Shown here piece after piece: positions 45,322 through 54,959 of a DNA stretch of 56,053 bases (positions are counted from its first letter, which is position 1; every line of letters begins with the position of its first letter). The position numbers and the translations under genes are program-made. Where the stretch lies: contig BDTJ01000035.1 in the NCBI GenBank assembly GCA_002897655.1, positions 1-56,053 on the forward strand. The letters are read 5' to 3'. The notes below the pieces were generated by a model that had not been told where the DNA came from, did not search any database, and worked only from the letters and a program-made list of their open reading frames with translations. Source of the DNA: an archaeon BMS3Abin17. GTDB taxonomy: Archaea > Nanobdellota > Nanobdellia > Pacearchaeales > GW2011-AR1.

Positions 45322-46731
45322 TTAACCTTTCATGACTGCTATTGGCTTTAATCTTGCTACTTTTTTTCCAATGCCAACTTCATCTACAACTTTAATGACT
45401 TCGTCAATATCTTTGTAAGCTTCAGGAGCTTCTTCTGAAAGTCCCCTCATGCTTCCTGACTCAACTTCAATTCCTTTTTTTGACAGGTCTTTTTTTACTT
45501 CTTCACCTGTTCTTTGTTTTTTTGCACTTGTTCTGCTTTCAACTCTTCCTGCACCATGGCAGGTTGAACTAAATGAAATCTCTTCTGCTTTTTTTGTTCC
45601 AACCAAAACATAAGAAGCAGTCCCCATGCTTCCAGGTATAATAACAGGCTGCCCAACTTTTCTGTAAGCTTTTGGAATTTCTTCTCTTCCTTCTCCAAAA
45701 CTTCTTGTTGCGCCTTTCCTCATAATTAAAACTTGTTTTTCTTTTCCATCAATAGTGTGTTTTTCAAATTTAGCAATATTATGGCAGACATCATAAACAA
45801 CTTCTGCTTTTAATTTTGGGAAATAATGTTTTAAATCTTCTCTAATCCAGTGAGTTATTAACTGCTTGTTTGCAAATGCAAAATTAGCTGCACAGGCCAT
45901 TGCACTAAAATATTCTTTACCTAATTTGCTGTTAATTGGAGCATTAACTAATTCTCTGTCCTGCTCTGGCCACTTATATTCCATTTCCATTAATCTTATG
46001 TAATCTGAAGCAACCTGATGCCCTAATCCTCTTGAACCACAGTGAATCATGATTGTAATCTGCCCTTTTTCTAATCCAAATTCTCTTGCAATTTTTTCAT
46101 CATAAATCTCATCAACAACCTGGATTTCTAAAAAATGATTTCCTGCACCCAAACTTCCTAACTGCGGCAGCCCCCTTTTCTTTGCTCTTTCACTAACATT
46201 ATCAGGGTTTGCACCATTTAATTTTCCTTCTTCTTCTGTATGCAAATAATCTTCTTTAACTCCATAACCTTTTTTAACAGCCCACTGAGCCCCTTCTTTC
46301 AAAACTCCGTTTAATTCTTGCTTATTTAATATTAGTTTGTCTCCTCTTCCCACACCAGAAGGAATACTTCTGAATAAAGAATGAATTATTTCTTTTTTAT
46401 TTTTAATATCCTTAAGTGTTAAATTTGTTCTAAGCAATCGCACACTGCAGTTAATGTCATAACCAACTCCTCCAGGACTTATAACACCTTTTTCAATATC
46501 AAAAGCAGCAACCCCTCCTATTGGAAAGCCATATCCTTGATGAGCATCTGGCATCACCATGCTTGCTTTTAATATTCCAGGCATCATTGCAACATTCTTT
46601 ATCTGTTGCAAGGCTTTGTCTCCCTTAATATTTTTAATCATGTTTTCACTAACAAAAATCTTTGCAGGAACATTCATCTTTCCGCTCTTTGGCATTTCAT
46701 ATATATTATCTGATATTTTTTTAATTTCCAT
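45322..46731 (-). CDS. rtcB: tRNA-splicing ligase RtcB
   Basis: MPDAHQGYGFPIGG, GYDINC, GNHFLE, HCGSRG, HN, HGAGR, EEAPEAYK. Confidence 0.97.
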   Translation of the reverse strand: MEIKKISDNIYEMPKSGKMNVPAKIFVSENMIKNIKGDKALQQIKNVAMMPGILKASMVMPDAHQGYGFPIGGVAAFDIEKGVISPGGVGYDINCSVRLLRTNLTLKDIKNKKEIIHSLFRSIPSGVGRGDKLILNKQELNGVLKEGAQWAVKKGYGVKEDYLHTEEEGKLNGANPDNVSERAKKRGLPQLGSLGAGNHFLEIQVVDEIYDEKIAREFGLEKGQITIMIHCGSRGLGHQVASDYIRLMEMEYKWPEQDRELVNAPINSKLGKEYFSAMACAANFAFANKQLITHWIREDLKHYFPKLKAEVVYDVCHNIAKFEKHTIDGKEKQVLIMRKGATRSFGEGREEIPKAYRKVGQPVIIPGSMGTASYVLVGTKKAEEISFSSTCHGAGRVESRTSAKKQRTGEEVKKDLSKKGIEVESGSMRGLSEEAPEAYKDIDEVIKVVDEVGIGKKVARLKPIAVMKG

Positions 46732-46733
46732 TC

Positions 46734-47204
46734 TCAAACATCTAACACAACCTGGGTTGTGTATTTATTCTTTTCCCCAACAAAATCATTTGCTTTTTTT
46801 GATTTTGTGGCACCAAAATTTGCAGGCAAATTTTTAGTGTTTTTTACAAACATCTCATTGTAAGTTATTGCCTTGACATCATTTGAAAATTTATAATTAG
46901 ACGCTTTATCACCAACAACAATTGCTTTTAGCTTGAACTTGCTGATTTTTATGCTTTTTATCTTACTCGTGATAAAATCCTCTGCATCAAGAAGATACAG
47001 GAACTCTTCCAGGAAATTATACAATAGGTTTTCAAAATCCCTTCCGCTTATTTCAATCTTTTTTTCTTTTTTTGCCTTAATTTTTGCGTTGCACATTCTT
47101 TCTTTCAGGGCAAGTGCAGAATTCTCAAAAGCTTCTTCAATAGTTTTCCCAGATGCCTGAAACTTTACATCTGCAGTATGAGGTAAAAAAATGTATTTTT
47201 TCAT
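46734..47204 (-). CDS. Archease (carries an in-frame 22-aa insertion)
   Basis: HTADV, VKAITYNEM, VVLDV; adjacent to rtcB. Confidence 0.93.
   Translation of the reverse strand: MKKYIFLPHTADVKFQASGKTIEEAFENSALALKERMCNAKIKAKKEKKIEISGRDFENLLYNFLEEFLYLLDAEDFITSKIKSIKISKFKLKAIVVGDKASNYKFSNDVKAITYNEMFVKNTKNLPANFGATKSKKANDFVGEKNKYTTQVVLDV
46776..46841 (-). repeat. Twin-hairpin palindromic element in frame in archease
   Basis: Minus strand AACACTAAAAATTTGC-ct-GCAAATTTTGGTGC CACAAAATC-loop-GATTTTGTTGG; encodes NTKNLPANFGATKSKKANDFVG. Confidence 0.8.
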
Positions 47205-47206
47205 AT

Positions 47207-47644
47207 TTATCCTGTCCAGCAAAATAATTTTAATTTCTTAGGATTATATTCTGACATATTTGAGCTTATCATTATTGATTGTGCATAAACATCTTTTTCA
47301 ATTGTTTTGTCAAATATGCAAATATTGCTTATCTCGCAAACTTCTGCCTCACAGATTAAATAATTGGGTGTTTCTGATATTGTTTTGTTTTTTACATTTG
47401 CCAGGCCATTTGAATTAAAATCAGCCCATTTAAGAGGAAGAGAATTAGCGCCAAGAATCTCATTCCTAAGAGAGTTATTTAATTGTATAGTCTTCAAAAT
47501 GGAAATCTCCTGTTCATAAATTCCTGCAGAGTCATCTCTTTTTTCAACATATTCCCTATCAAGAGTAATTAATAATATTCCAATTATCAAAGAGACTGCA
47601 ACAAACACTTCAACTATCCTTATCCAGGCTTTTTTGTTTTTCAT
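47207..47644 (-). CDS. Pilin-like protein (class III signal)
   Basis: KNKKA/WIRIVEV + hydrophobic helix. Confidence 0.75.
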   Translation of the reverse strand: MKNKKAWIRIVEVFVAVSLIIGILLITLDREYVEKRDDSAGIYEQEISILKTIQLNNSLRNEILGANSLPLKWADFNSNGLANVKNKTISETPNYLICEAEVCEISNICIFDKTIEKDVYAQSIMISSNMSEYNPKKLKLFCWTG

Positions 47645-47681
47645 TTTTATCTTTTTTTAAAGGAGAGATAGCAAGAATTCC

Positions 47682-48389
47682 TTACCATACCCTTATGTTT
47701 ATAATTCCCTTGTTTAAGTTTGCTTCACTATCAAGATATTGCACTGGCTTTTCTTTGGCATAAACACTTGTTGACACATTTTTCTCTCCTGTTTCTATTT
47801 TTGTTCCATTGGTATATTCAAAACTATAGCTGAAATAATTCCCACTGGGAAGATTCAAACTGCTTTCAAAATCAGCATAATTATCTATTAGGTTAACCAT
47901 CTTACTTCTGGAGACATATTTATCTGTTCTAACAGACCTGATTGTCGCATTATCACAAAGAGTATTCTCCATTATTGAATCACTAAATGTTTCATTAGAA
48001 TAATATATCTTGAAAAATACTTTACTTCTAACCGGCCAATAAATTCTAGTAAACTCTCCTGCAGAGCTAGAGTTCACGATAATATTGTTTTCATCTTTTA
48101 CTATATAATCCAATCCATCTAACCCCAATCTTGTTTTATTTATTTCCAGGCAATTAAACCCAACATGGCTTGAATTTGCAGAAACTATTACACTGGTCAG
48201 ATTTTCAGACACTCTCTTTAAAATCTCTCCTTCTATATAATTAAGAAGATATTGCTTGTCTTTTTGAACCACTATTGTTGGCTCAATAAGTGTATAAATG
48301 AAAATAAGAAAAGTTATGAACAATACAAATGATAATATTACCCCAACATGCGAACCTTTTTTATTATTTATTTTCATTTTATCCTCCAA
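47682..48389 (-). CDS. Pilin-like protein (class III signal)
   Basis: NKKG/SHVGVILSF + hydrophobic helix. Confidence 0.75.
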   Translation of the reverse strand: MEDKMKINNKKGSHVGVILSFVLFITFLIFIYTLIEPTIVVQKDKQYLLNYIEGEILKRVSENLTSVIVSANSSHVGFNCLEINKTRLGLDGLDYIVKDENNIIVNSSSAGEFTRIYWPVRSKVFFKIYYSNETFSDSIMENTLCDNATIRSVRTDKYVSRSKMVNLIDNYADFESSLNLPSGNYFSYSFEYTNGTKIETGEKNVSTSVYAKEKPVQYLDSEANLNKGIINIRVW

Positions 48390-49221
48390 AAATTATATTT
48401 GCAACTGCAGATATTAAAAATGACGAAAACGTTAATGCAAAAGAGTGTTTAATTCCTGATTTTATGTTTCCTTCTGCAAGTTTTCCTATAGCTAAGCCAC
48501 TAAAAAATCCCTGAATAAGCAGCAGATACATAAATGAGCTGGATACTTCCTCCTGGCCTATTCCTACAACTCCTCCTGTATTTCCTATACCCCCCATCGA
48601 AGCTCCAACCTCTGCAACCCCTCCAACCATCGGGATTATTTTAAATTGCATGACTAATATAATAATCATGAATACAAAAAATATGATATATCCCTGAACA
48701 ACTAATGAGGATATAACTGCTTTTCTCTCTCTCTTTATCTTATCTGATATGCTTACTGCATCAGCAACAGACTCAAGTATCTTTCCAATATCCCCTCCCT
48801 CTTTTTCTGCCTGCCCAATCAATGTTAATGATCTTGAGATTGTCCTGTTGTTAACATCTTTTGAAAAGACCTGAAGGGCTATCCTTAGAGGAATTCCAAG
48901 AGAGATTTGATTAGATAATTTCTCAATATTCTCCTTTAATACCCCATATACCTCTGGCTTGATATTTATTATACTTTTGCTTATCGGAGTTCCTGTCTTT
49001 ACACTTTCAACCAGATTTCTTGAGAATTCCAGAAACATTTCTTCTTTTTCTGTCTCTCTTCTTGTATCATTGATTACAGACACTACAAATGGCGTTATGC
49101 CAATCAATATGCCGAGACCAAGAATTAAAAAGAAAAGCTTGTTTCCTCTTAAGAAAAAAGCAGTGACCAGCGCTAATAGAGATGCTGCAAATCCTATTTT
49201 GTGAGACCTTTCTATTCTCAT
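48379..49221 (-). CDS. Type II/IV secretion platform protein (TadC/GspF-like)
   Basis: F.EF.R.L.ES..TG, GIPL..AL, GG.IG.IL; TM helices. Confidence 0.9.
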   Translation of the reverse strand: MRIERSHKIGFAASLLALVTAFFLRGNKLFFLILGLGILIGITPFVVSVINDTRRETEKEEMFLEFSRNLVESVKTGTPISKSIINIKPEVYGVLKENIEKLSNQISLGIPLRIALQVFSKDVNNRTISRSLTLIGQAEKEGGDIGKILESVADAVSISDKIKRERKAVISSLVVQGYIIFFVFMIIILVMQFKIIPMVGGVAEVGASMGGIGNTGGVVGIGQEEVSSSFMYLLLIQGFFSGLAIGKLAEGNIKSGIKHSFALTFSSFLISAVANIIFGG

Positions 49222-49243
49222 TTTAAAAAATTATTCACCATTT

Positions 49244-50536
49244 TTATGCAGGAGGTTGTTTTAAATGAAGGAATGTAAGGAAGAGTACATTTACCATTGC
49301 CACACCTAACACCATAATCAATGTTATCATTGCACTGCTAATAGCCAAGCCTATTCCACTTATCTTCATCATCATCAATAATAACATTAATATCATAGGA
49401 GCAGCAATAACTACACTGATATAAACATCCATAAAGGTCTCAGCAGATTTTGTACGTTTTTCTTTCTCAATTCTATATTGAAATAATAAGCTTTCTGCTC
49501 TTTTGTTGAAGAATTCCGGAAGATTCCCTCCAGAAGTTATTGTTGTTGATAGCCCATCTAATAATTCCGCAAGCTTTTTGCTGGGGGTATTTGAAGATAC
49601 ATGTTTTAAGGCAGTTACTAAATCATATCCATATATATTAATCTCATTTATTAATTTTATAAATTCTGTCTCAATATTGGGGTACTCTTTTGTCAATAAG
49701 ATTATATTAAATATTTTGCTTGGGTCAATCATTGAACCTGCAATGGCAGACATATGTATTGTTGCAAAAGGCAGTTCATAATTAATCTTATTCCCTCTTG
49801 ATTTTTTTTCAATATTAGGATAATAATTCATGAAAAAGAATGTTCCTACAGGAATAGCAATAAATAACCAGGAGACTTTTAAGAACCTGCTTAAGATACT
49901 CCCCCCAACTCTTGTTATAAATGGGAAGTCAACCCCCACATTAAAGAATAAAAGAAATATTATTAAGAAAAAAGAGAAGACTATCGATAGCATTGTTGTA
50001 AGTAAAATTACAGAAATATAACTCGGGGGTATTAATTGCATATTTGCCTTTATCAAATCTTTTTTTAGATTTTTAAACATCTTTTTGCTGGCAAGGGATG
50101 CAGAAAAGTCAGAAAACATTCTATTTGATATCTTAATATATTTACTTGGCTTTCTTAATTTTTTTTTGGTTACTTTTTCCCTTTTTTTTTTCAGTCTTCT
50201 AAGAGTCTCCTTTTCAATATCTAGTAAGTTTAAACTCTCCATAGAAAACTTTGTGCGAATAAGTGGCTGAATTTTTAATTTCTCCTCTTTAACCTCTGCT
50301 GGGGATTCTGTAGAAAAAGGCCTTGCTATAACTAAGAATTCAAGGTTTCTTACGATATCTTTGCTTATCTTTTTTATATTGGATTTTAAATAAGCTATTT
50401 GTGAGGCAATTAAGTTTGCTTCTTCAACATTGTCCACTCTTTTTAAATCCTTTAAAAGGTAAATCATTTCTCTGACTATCTTCTTTTCATCAGAGGCTCT
50501 CTCTCTCAGGTTTTTAATGGAATTTTCGCCGGTCAT
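49244..50536 (-). CDS. Type II/IV secretion platform protein (TadC/FlaJ-like)
   Basis: ELPFATIHMSAIA, YGYDLVTAL, TPS..L.ELL.G...SGG.L. Confidence 0.9.
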   Translation of the reverse strand: MTGENSIKNLRERASDEKKIVREMIYLLKDLKRVDNVEEANLIASQIAYLKSNIKKISKDIVRNLEFLVIARPFSTESPAEVKEEKLKIQPLIRTKFSMESLNLLDIEKETLRRLKKKREKVTKKKLRKPSKYIKISNRMFSDFSASLASKKMFKNLKKDLIKANMQLIPPSYISVILLTTMLSIVFSFFLIIFLLFFNVGVDFPFITRVGGSILSRFLKVSWLFIAIPVGTFFFMNYYPNIEKKSRGNKINYELPFATIHMSAIAGSMIDPSKIFNIILLTKEYPNIETEFIKLINEINIYGYDLVTALKHVSSNTPSKKLAELLDGLSTTITSGGNLPEFFNKRAESLLFQYRIEKEKRTKSAETFMDVYISVVIAAPMILMLLLMMMKISGIGLAISSAMITLIMVLGVAMVNVLFLTFLHLKQPPA

Positions 50537-50718
50537 TTTATCATACTATCAATTTTTCTTTGTATTTGAAGGATAAACTTTTTTGTATTATTGAATTTTT
50601 CATAATCCTCTTCCTCGTAGAAATCCTCTAACTTCAGCGCAGATTCTTCAAGAGAATTAACAAGTTGGCTTAGCAATTCAATTTCCCCAACAACATAATT
50701 CTTTCCCTCTTTGTTCAT
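50533..50718 (-). CDS. Small hypothetical protein in the pilus operon
   Basis: 61 aa; ATGA overlap with the platform gene. Confidence 0.65.
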   Translation of the reverse strand: MNKEGKNYVVGEIELLSQLVNSLEESALKLEDFYEEEDYEKFNNTKKFILQIQRKIDSMIK

Positions 50719-50781
50719 CTATAGAAATAGGGATTTATCTTATTAAACGTTTTGTTTTATACCGAAAAAAACAGGAGTTTT

Positions 50782-53700
50782 TCATTTATCCTCAACATTA
50801 AATTTTCTAAGGATTGCTTCTGGATTTTTGTAATACTGGCTCACTATATCCTGTATCTCATCAAATCCAAATATTTTCATCCTGAATAAATTATAGATTA
50901 GCTGAACCCGTCTTCTAAATTCTATCTCTAATTCTTCAGAATTGAGCCCATATCTCATCCTTATCTTTTCAAATATTTTGCTATTTTTCTTAAAATAAAA
51001 CTGGTCTTCTGCAGCATTCCACACAAAAGGAGTATTTGTTATTGCAACTCCATCAGGATTTACATTGACTATCTCAACTATTTCCCTTAGTTTTCTTGTT
51101 TCCTGTTTATTGACAATAGCATGAGTCATGATGCACACACAATCAAGGACATTTAGAAGAGTAGGGGAAAGATTAATCGGAGGGGTCTCTAATCTTTTTA
51201 TAACAGTGTCAACAGAATCTGCATGTATTGTGCTTATGGAGGAATGTCCTGAAGCCATTCCCTGAAACAATACAGATGCTTCTTTACCCCTGACTTCACC
51301 AACAATAACATAGTCTGGATTTTGCCTAAAAGAACTTTTTAATAAAGTAAATAAATCCACTTCCCCCAATCCTCCAAGGCCTGTTGCGCTTCTGACAACA
51401 CTTGGAAGCCAGTTCTCTCTTGGAAGGTTCAGCTCCCGGGTATTATGGACAAAAAAATTATTACATAGAAACTTCTCATATTTTGGGATGCTTAAATCAA
51501 ATACTTCTGTCTTCCCAGAGCTAATTTTTCTTATTTTTTTTACCATATCCCATAAAATATCGTTATGTGATAAATCATTAAATTCAGAGCCTGCTGGAGC
51601 AATCCTTTGCAGGTAATTTCTTCCCATATTCTGCAATCCTTTCAAATACCCATATTGTAATCTTATTCGGGATAATCTGTTTAATTCATGAATTTTATTA
51701 ATGCTTAGAGGAATTACATCAGATTTTGCGTGGTGCGCCTTTTTATTTAACAAATTCATTTTTGAATTCTTTCTCTCCTGTAAAAACCCTATTTCCTTGA
51801 ATTTCTCTATGTTTTCAGAGCTGGAAATAGACATATTAATGCACTTGTCTTTTCTGTCAAAATCATTTATCCTTGAGATTATATCCAGCCTTAAAAATAA
51901 TGTCTGCAAATCTTCAAGAAGAGAATAACTTTGCGAAGCACAGGAAATTTCATGCTTTTTAACTGTTCCGTCAGCGCTAAAATATCCCCTGATAAATTGC
52001 TTAATTTGTTCATTAGATAAATTGCATATAAAATCAGGAATTTTTTTAGTCTTAGAATAACCTTTGAATTTAAGAGTATTTTTCATAAATTTGTAAAAAA
52101 CTGTACTGTGTATTCTTATTGAGGTTTCTTTATCATTCATAACTGAAAAATTCAGTTTTAATCTGCCGGCTATTTTCTTTATTATTTCTCTGCATTCAAT
52201 ATCCTGATTTGAAGCAATAACTACATTTTTATTTCTGCTATCATAACTGCCATCTCCTAGCCATAATCCGCAAAACTCTAAAAACTCTTTATTAATCTTA
52301 AAAATTACTGGTATGGATGAAGTGTTTTTACTTTTTATTTTCAGATTTCTCAATTCCTCGTATGAAAAATCAATATTTAGATTTGCAAAATCTTTAATTT
52401 TTATGATATTTTTTTTCTTCCACCACCTGTATTTTTCTTTTCTGATATTAAAATCTTTTAAGGAATGCTTTTCAAATATCTTTTTTACAGGGTCTCCCTG
52501 CAAAAAATCTTCTTCAAAAACAGAAAGATTGTCCATCAAATTTATTTCTTTTATTTCTTTTCCTTTGATTGGGAGGCTTCTTGGGACAGCAATAAAAGAT
52601 TCTCTTTCTCTTAATTCTGTCGGTTTTATTTCAACTAATGAGTTATCTTCTCCCAATGAGAAGAGGGAATGATCCTGGGTTACTTTGATTTTTCTTCCTG
52701 TTGAAGTTGTAATCTCATATATATCTTTCTCTGAATGATGTTTAATGTAATCCGAAGGTCTGACCCATTTTATCTTCCCATTTTTATCCAGGCTCATTAC
52801 TTCAGCATCTATTTTGTCATCTACAAATTCTTTGATTGTTATATTTTTTATCTCTCCATCTTTATTAATTATTATTCTTGAATCTCCTGTAACACTGTCT
52901 TCAATACTAACAACTCTTGCTTCAGGAGGTATGAAAAATCCTATAGCATTTAACAAAGTCGTTTTACCTGAAGAGGTTCCGCCTGTAATTAAGATATTCA
53001 TTTTATATTCCACTAATAACCAGAGATATGCAAGCATTTCCGGGCTCAAAGTATTAAATCCGATTAATTGAGGGGGGGTCCATGGAGTTTTTGTAAATTT
53101 TCTTATTGTAAATGTCGGTCCTTTACTTGTAATATCTTTAGTATATGTTGCGTTTACTCTGCTTCCATCAGGCAAGCTCCCGTCTAAAATAGGATTGGAA
53201 TAAGATATATATTTCCCGCATCTTTGAGCCAGCTTTTCAACAAAACTTTCTAGTTCGTCATTTTTTTTAAACTCTAAATTTGATTTAATATTCCTATAAA
53301 TTCTGTGGACAATATAAACTGGAGTATTAACCCCATTACACTCAATATCTTCTACAAAGAAATCTCTTAAGAAGGGTTCTGTTTCATTAAATCCTATAAA
53401 ATCCCTGCATAAATAATAATATATTTTTTTGTAAGTTTCATAAGAGATGTTTATCCCAAGTTCTATTGTAAGAAGTTTTAATCTTTTGTCAATATATTCC
53501 AGTAATTTGTCCTGATTTTTTTCTATAACAACATCAAAATTAATCATATCCCTCATTGCATTAACTATTTCTTCTTTGTATTTTTTCTCTTCTTTGTCAA
53601 GGAGGGGTTCTTCTATTTCGTATGCCAATTCAAATATTTTTGGGTTCCAATAAATATGCACATATGCAAAAGGGGCTATCAAACAATACCTTACATCAAC

Positions 53701-53805
53701 TTTTGTTTTATCTTTTACTCTCTTTAAAGGAGGTATTCTTGGAGAAAAATCTATGTGAATTCTAGGATAATCCTGTATTTCCATCTGTTCCATTTTAAAT
53801 CTCAA
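50782..53805 (-). CDS. Type IV pilus/secretion ATPase (VirB11/FlaI/TadA family) containing an intein
   Basis: TIRKF, GGTSSGKTT, SIED/TREL, RQNPDYVIVGEVRG, GH..STIHA. Confidence 0.95.
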   Translation of the reverse strand: MRFKMEQMEIQDYPRIHIDFSPRIPPLKRVKDKTKVDVRYCLIAPFAYVHIYWNPKIFELAYEIEEPLLDKEEKKYKEEIVNAMRDMINFDVVIEKNQDKLLEYIDKRLKLLTIELGINISYETYKKIYYYLCRDFIGFNETEPFLRDFFVEDIECNGVNTPVYIVHRIYRNIKSNLEFKKNDELESFVEKLAQRCGKYISYSNPILDGSLPDGSRVNATYTKDITSKGPTFTIRKFTKTPWTPPQLIGFNTLSPEMLAYLWLLVEYKMNILITGGTSSGKTTLLNAIGFFIPPEARVVSIEDSVTGDSRIIINKDGEIKNITIKEFVDDKIDAEVMSLDKNGKIKWVRPSDYIKHHSEKDIYEITTSTGRKIKVTQDHSLFSLGEDNSLVEIKPTELRERESFIAVPRSLPIKGKEIKEINLMDNLSVFEEDFLQGDPVKKIFEKHSLKDFNIRKEKYRWWKKKNIIKIKDFANLNIDFSYEELRNLKIKSKNTSSIPVIFKINKEFLEFCGLWLGDGSYDSRNKNVVIASNQDIECREIIKKIAGRLKLNFSVMNDKETSIRIHSTVFYKFMKNTLKFKGYSKTKKIPDFICNLSNEQIKQFIRGYFSADGTVKKHEISCASQSYSLLEDLQTLFLRLDIISRINDFDRKDKCINMSISSSENIEKFKEIGFLQERKNSKMNLLNKKAHHAKSDVIPLSINKIHELNRLSRIRLQYGYLKGLQNMGRNYLQRIAPAGSEFNDLSHNDILWDMVKKIRKISSGKTEVFDLSIPKYEKFLCNNFFVHNTRELNLPRENWLPSVVRSATGLGGLGEVDLFTLLKSSFRQNPDYVIVGEVRGKEASVLFQGMASGHSSISTIHADSVDTVIKRLETPPINLSPTLLNVLDCVCIMTHAIVNKQETRKLREIVEIVNVNPDGVAITNTPFVWNAAEDQFYFKKNSKIFEKIRMRYGLNSEELEIEFRRRVQLIYNLFRMKIFGFDEIQDIVSQYYKNPEAILRKFNVEDK
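51442..52896 (-). mobile_element. 485-aa intein with LAGLIDADG homing endonuclease
   Basis: SIED|SVTGDS...TQDHSLF...GLWLGDGS...GYFSADGT...FDLSI..FVHN|TREL. Confidence 0.95.
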
Positions 53806-54337
53806 AGTCTATTATTGTTTTATTTTGATTTTTACCATTATGGGTGATATATAGCTTATATTGAGAGGGGGATTTGGTTATTGTTTTTAGTTCATCTTCT
53901 CCTTTGTAAGTTATGTCATACATTCCGCTATAATTCCTGGTCAGGGTAACCCTGTTGAATTCACCTTTCTTCTCTGTGTATAATATTAAATCTCCATATT
54001 GAATGAATTCTCCTGGTTGGCTGTATTCACTTTTACTATCCATCTCAAAATAAATCATATCTGAAACACCATCAATATTTAAAACACCTTTTTTAATTTC
54101 CAAATCAATTAATCTTTTGTTTCCAGCACCCCCCTGATCAAGAGATAAAATAATTGAATCAATTCCTTCTAGCACTTTTATTGATTGCTCAATTATTGCA
54201 TTGTCCTGTATCTCTTCTATCTTGGGTTTTGCAAAAGTAAGGACTAAACCAATCATCACAAGAGCTATTAAAGTATAAATTAATGTTTCAATCCATATTT
54301 GGCCCCTCTTTCTAAAAGTTTTTCCTCTTTTTTTCAT
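53795..54337 (-). CDS. Pilin-like protein (class III signal)
   Basis: RKRG/QIWIETLIY + hydrophobic helix; likely start ATG 54337. Confidence 0.8.
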   Translation of the reverse strand: MKKRGKTFRKRGQIWIETLIYTLIALVMIGLVLTFAKPKIEEIQDNAIIEQSIKVLEGIDSIILSLDQGGAGNKRLIDLEIKKGVLNIDGVSDMIYFEMDSKSEYSQPGEFIQYGDLILYTEKKGEFNRVTLTRNYSGMYDITYKGEDELKTITKSPSQYKLYITHNGKNQNKTIIDFEI

Positions 54338-54411
54338 TTTTAAATTTTTGAACCCCAAAATTAAGACTGTGCTTGCGCACAGAACACACTAATAATGTTG
54401 TAGGTTTTCAT
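54335..54411 (-). repeat. Start-duplicating hairpin leader element
   Basis: ATGAAAA at 54411 and 54337; uORF MKTYNIISVFCAQAQS*; CTGTGC-gcaa-GCACAG hairpin shared with the 28713 element. Confidence 0.55.
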
Positions 54412-54461
54412 AAGATGTTAAATATGGATTGATTTAAATAATTAATGTTTAGCTAAAGAAA

Positions 54462-54959
54462 TTAACCACACCTGTCGACAGGAGCTAATGAGTCAGATAC
54501 TTCACATTTCTTGCTGTTTATAACAGGGGCTATCTGTATTGTATTTGGATCTTGTATTCCTGCACCTGTTGTATTTAGAATATATGTCAAACCAGAGTTT
54601 TTAGAAGGCAGGCTTATATTTTGGCCATAACCCCCTCCATAAGGTTTTACATAACTATAATTTCCAGGTATCTTAATGCTTTTTCCTGTTCCATTGCCTT
54701 TTATTAATATAAGCACCCCATCTATGTCTATATCCCCTATACTTATGTAAAAGTTAAATTCTTTTGTATTATTATAGTAGCAGGTATCCCTGTTATTTAG
54801 CTTGACTTTTTCAAAATTCCCAAAGCAAGATTTAGCCCCTTCCAGTTTCTCATCAAGAATTCCTTTTACAACCCCCCAGACAATTCCAACAAGAGTCATT
54901 ACTAAGGCGATTAATATTATTGCAGTAATAACCCCTGAAAGCCCTTTCTTTTTTTTCAT
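54462..54959 (-). CDS. Archaeal type IV pilin
   Basis: KKKKG/LSGVITAIILIAL; likely start ATG 54959. Confidence 0.85.
   Translation of the reverse strand: MKKKKGLSGVITAIILIALVMTLVGIVWGVVKGILDEKLEGAKSCFGNFEKVKLNNRDTCYYNNTKEFNFYISIGDIDIDGVLILIKGNGTGKSIKIPGNYSYVKPYGGGYGQNISLPSKNSGLTYILNTTGAGIQDPNTIQIAPVINSKKCEVSDSLAPVDRCG

Noticed and set aside
49218-49241. Seventh start-leader element (uORF MVNNFLK* with ATGA overlap)
   Set aside because: No hairpin or clear start duplication; it can be explained by a GGTGA SD in a short spacer.
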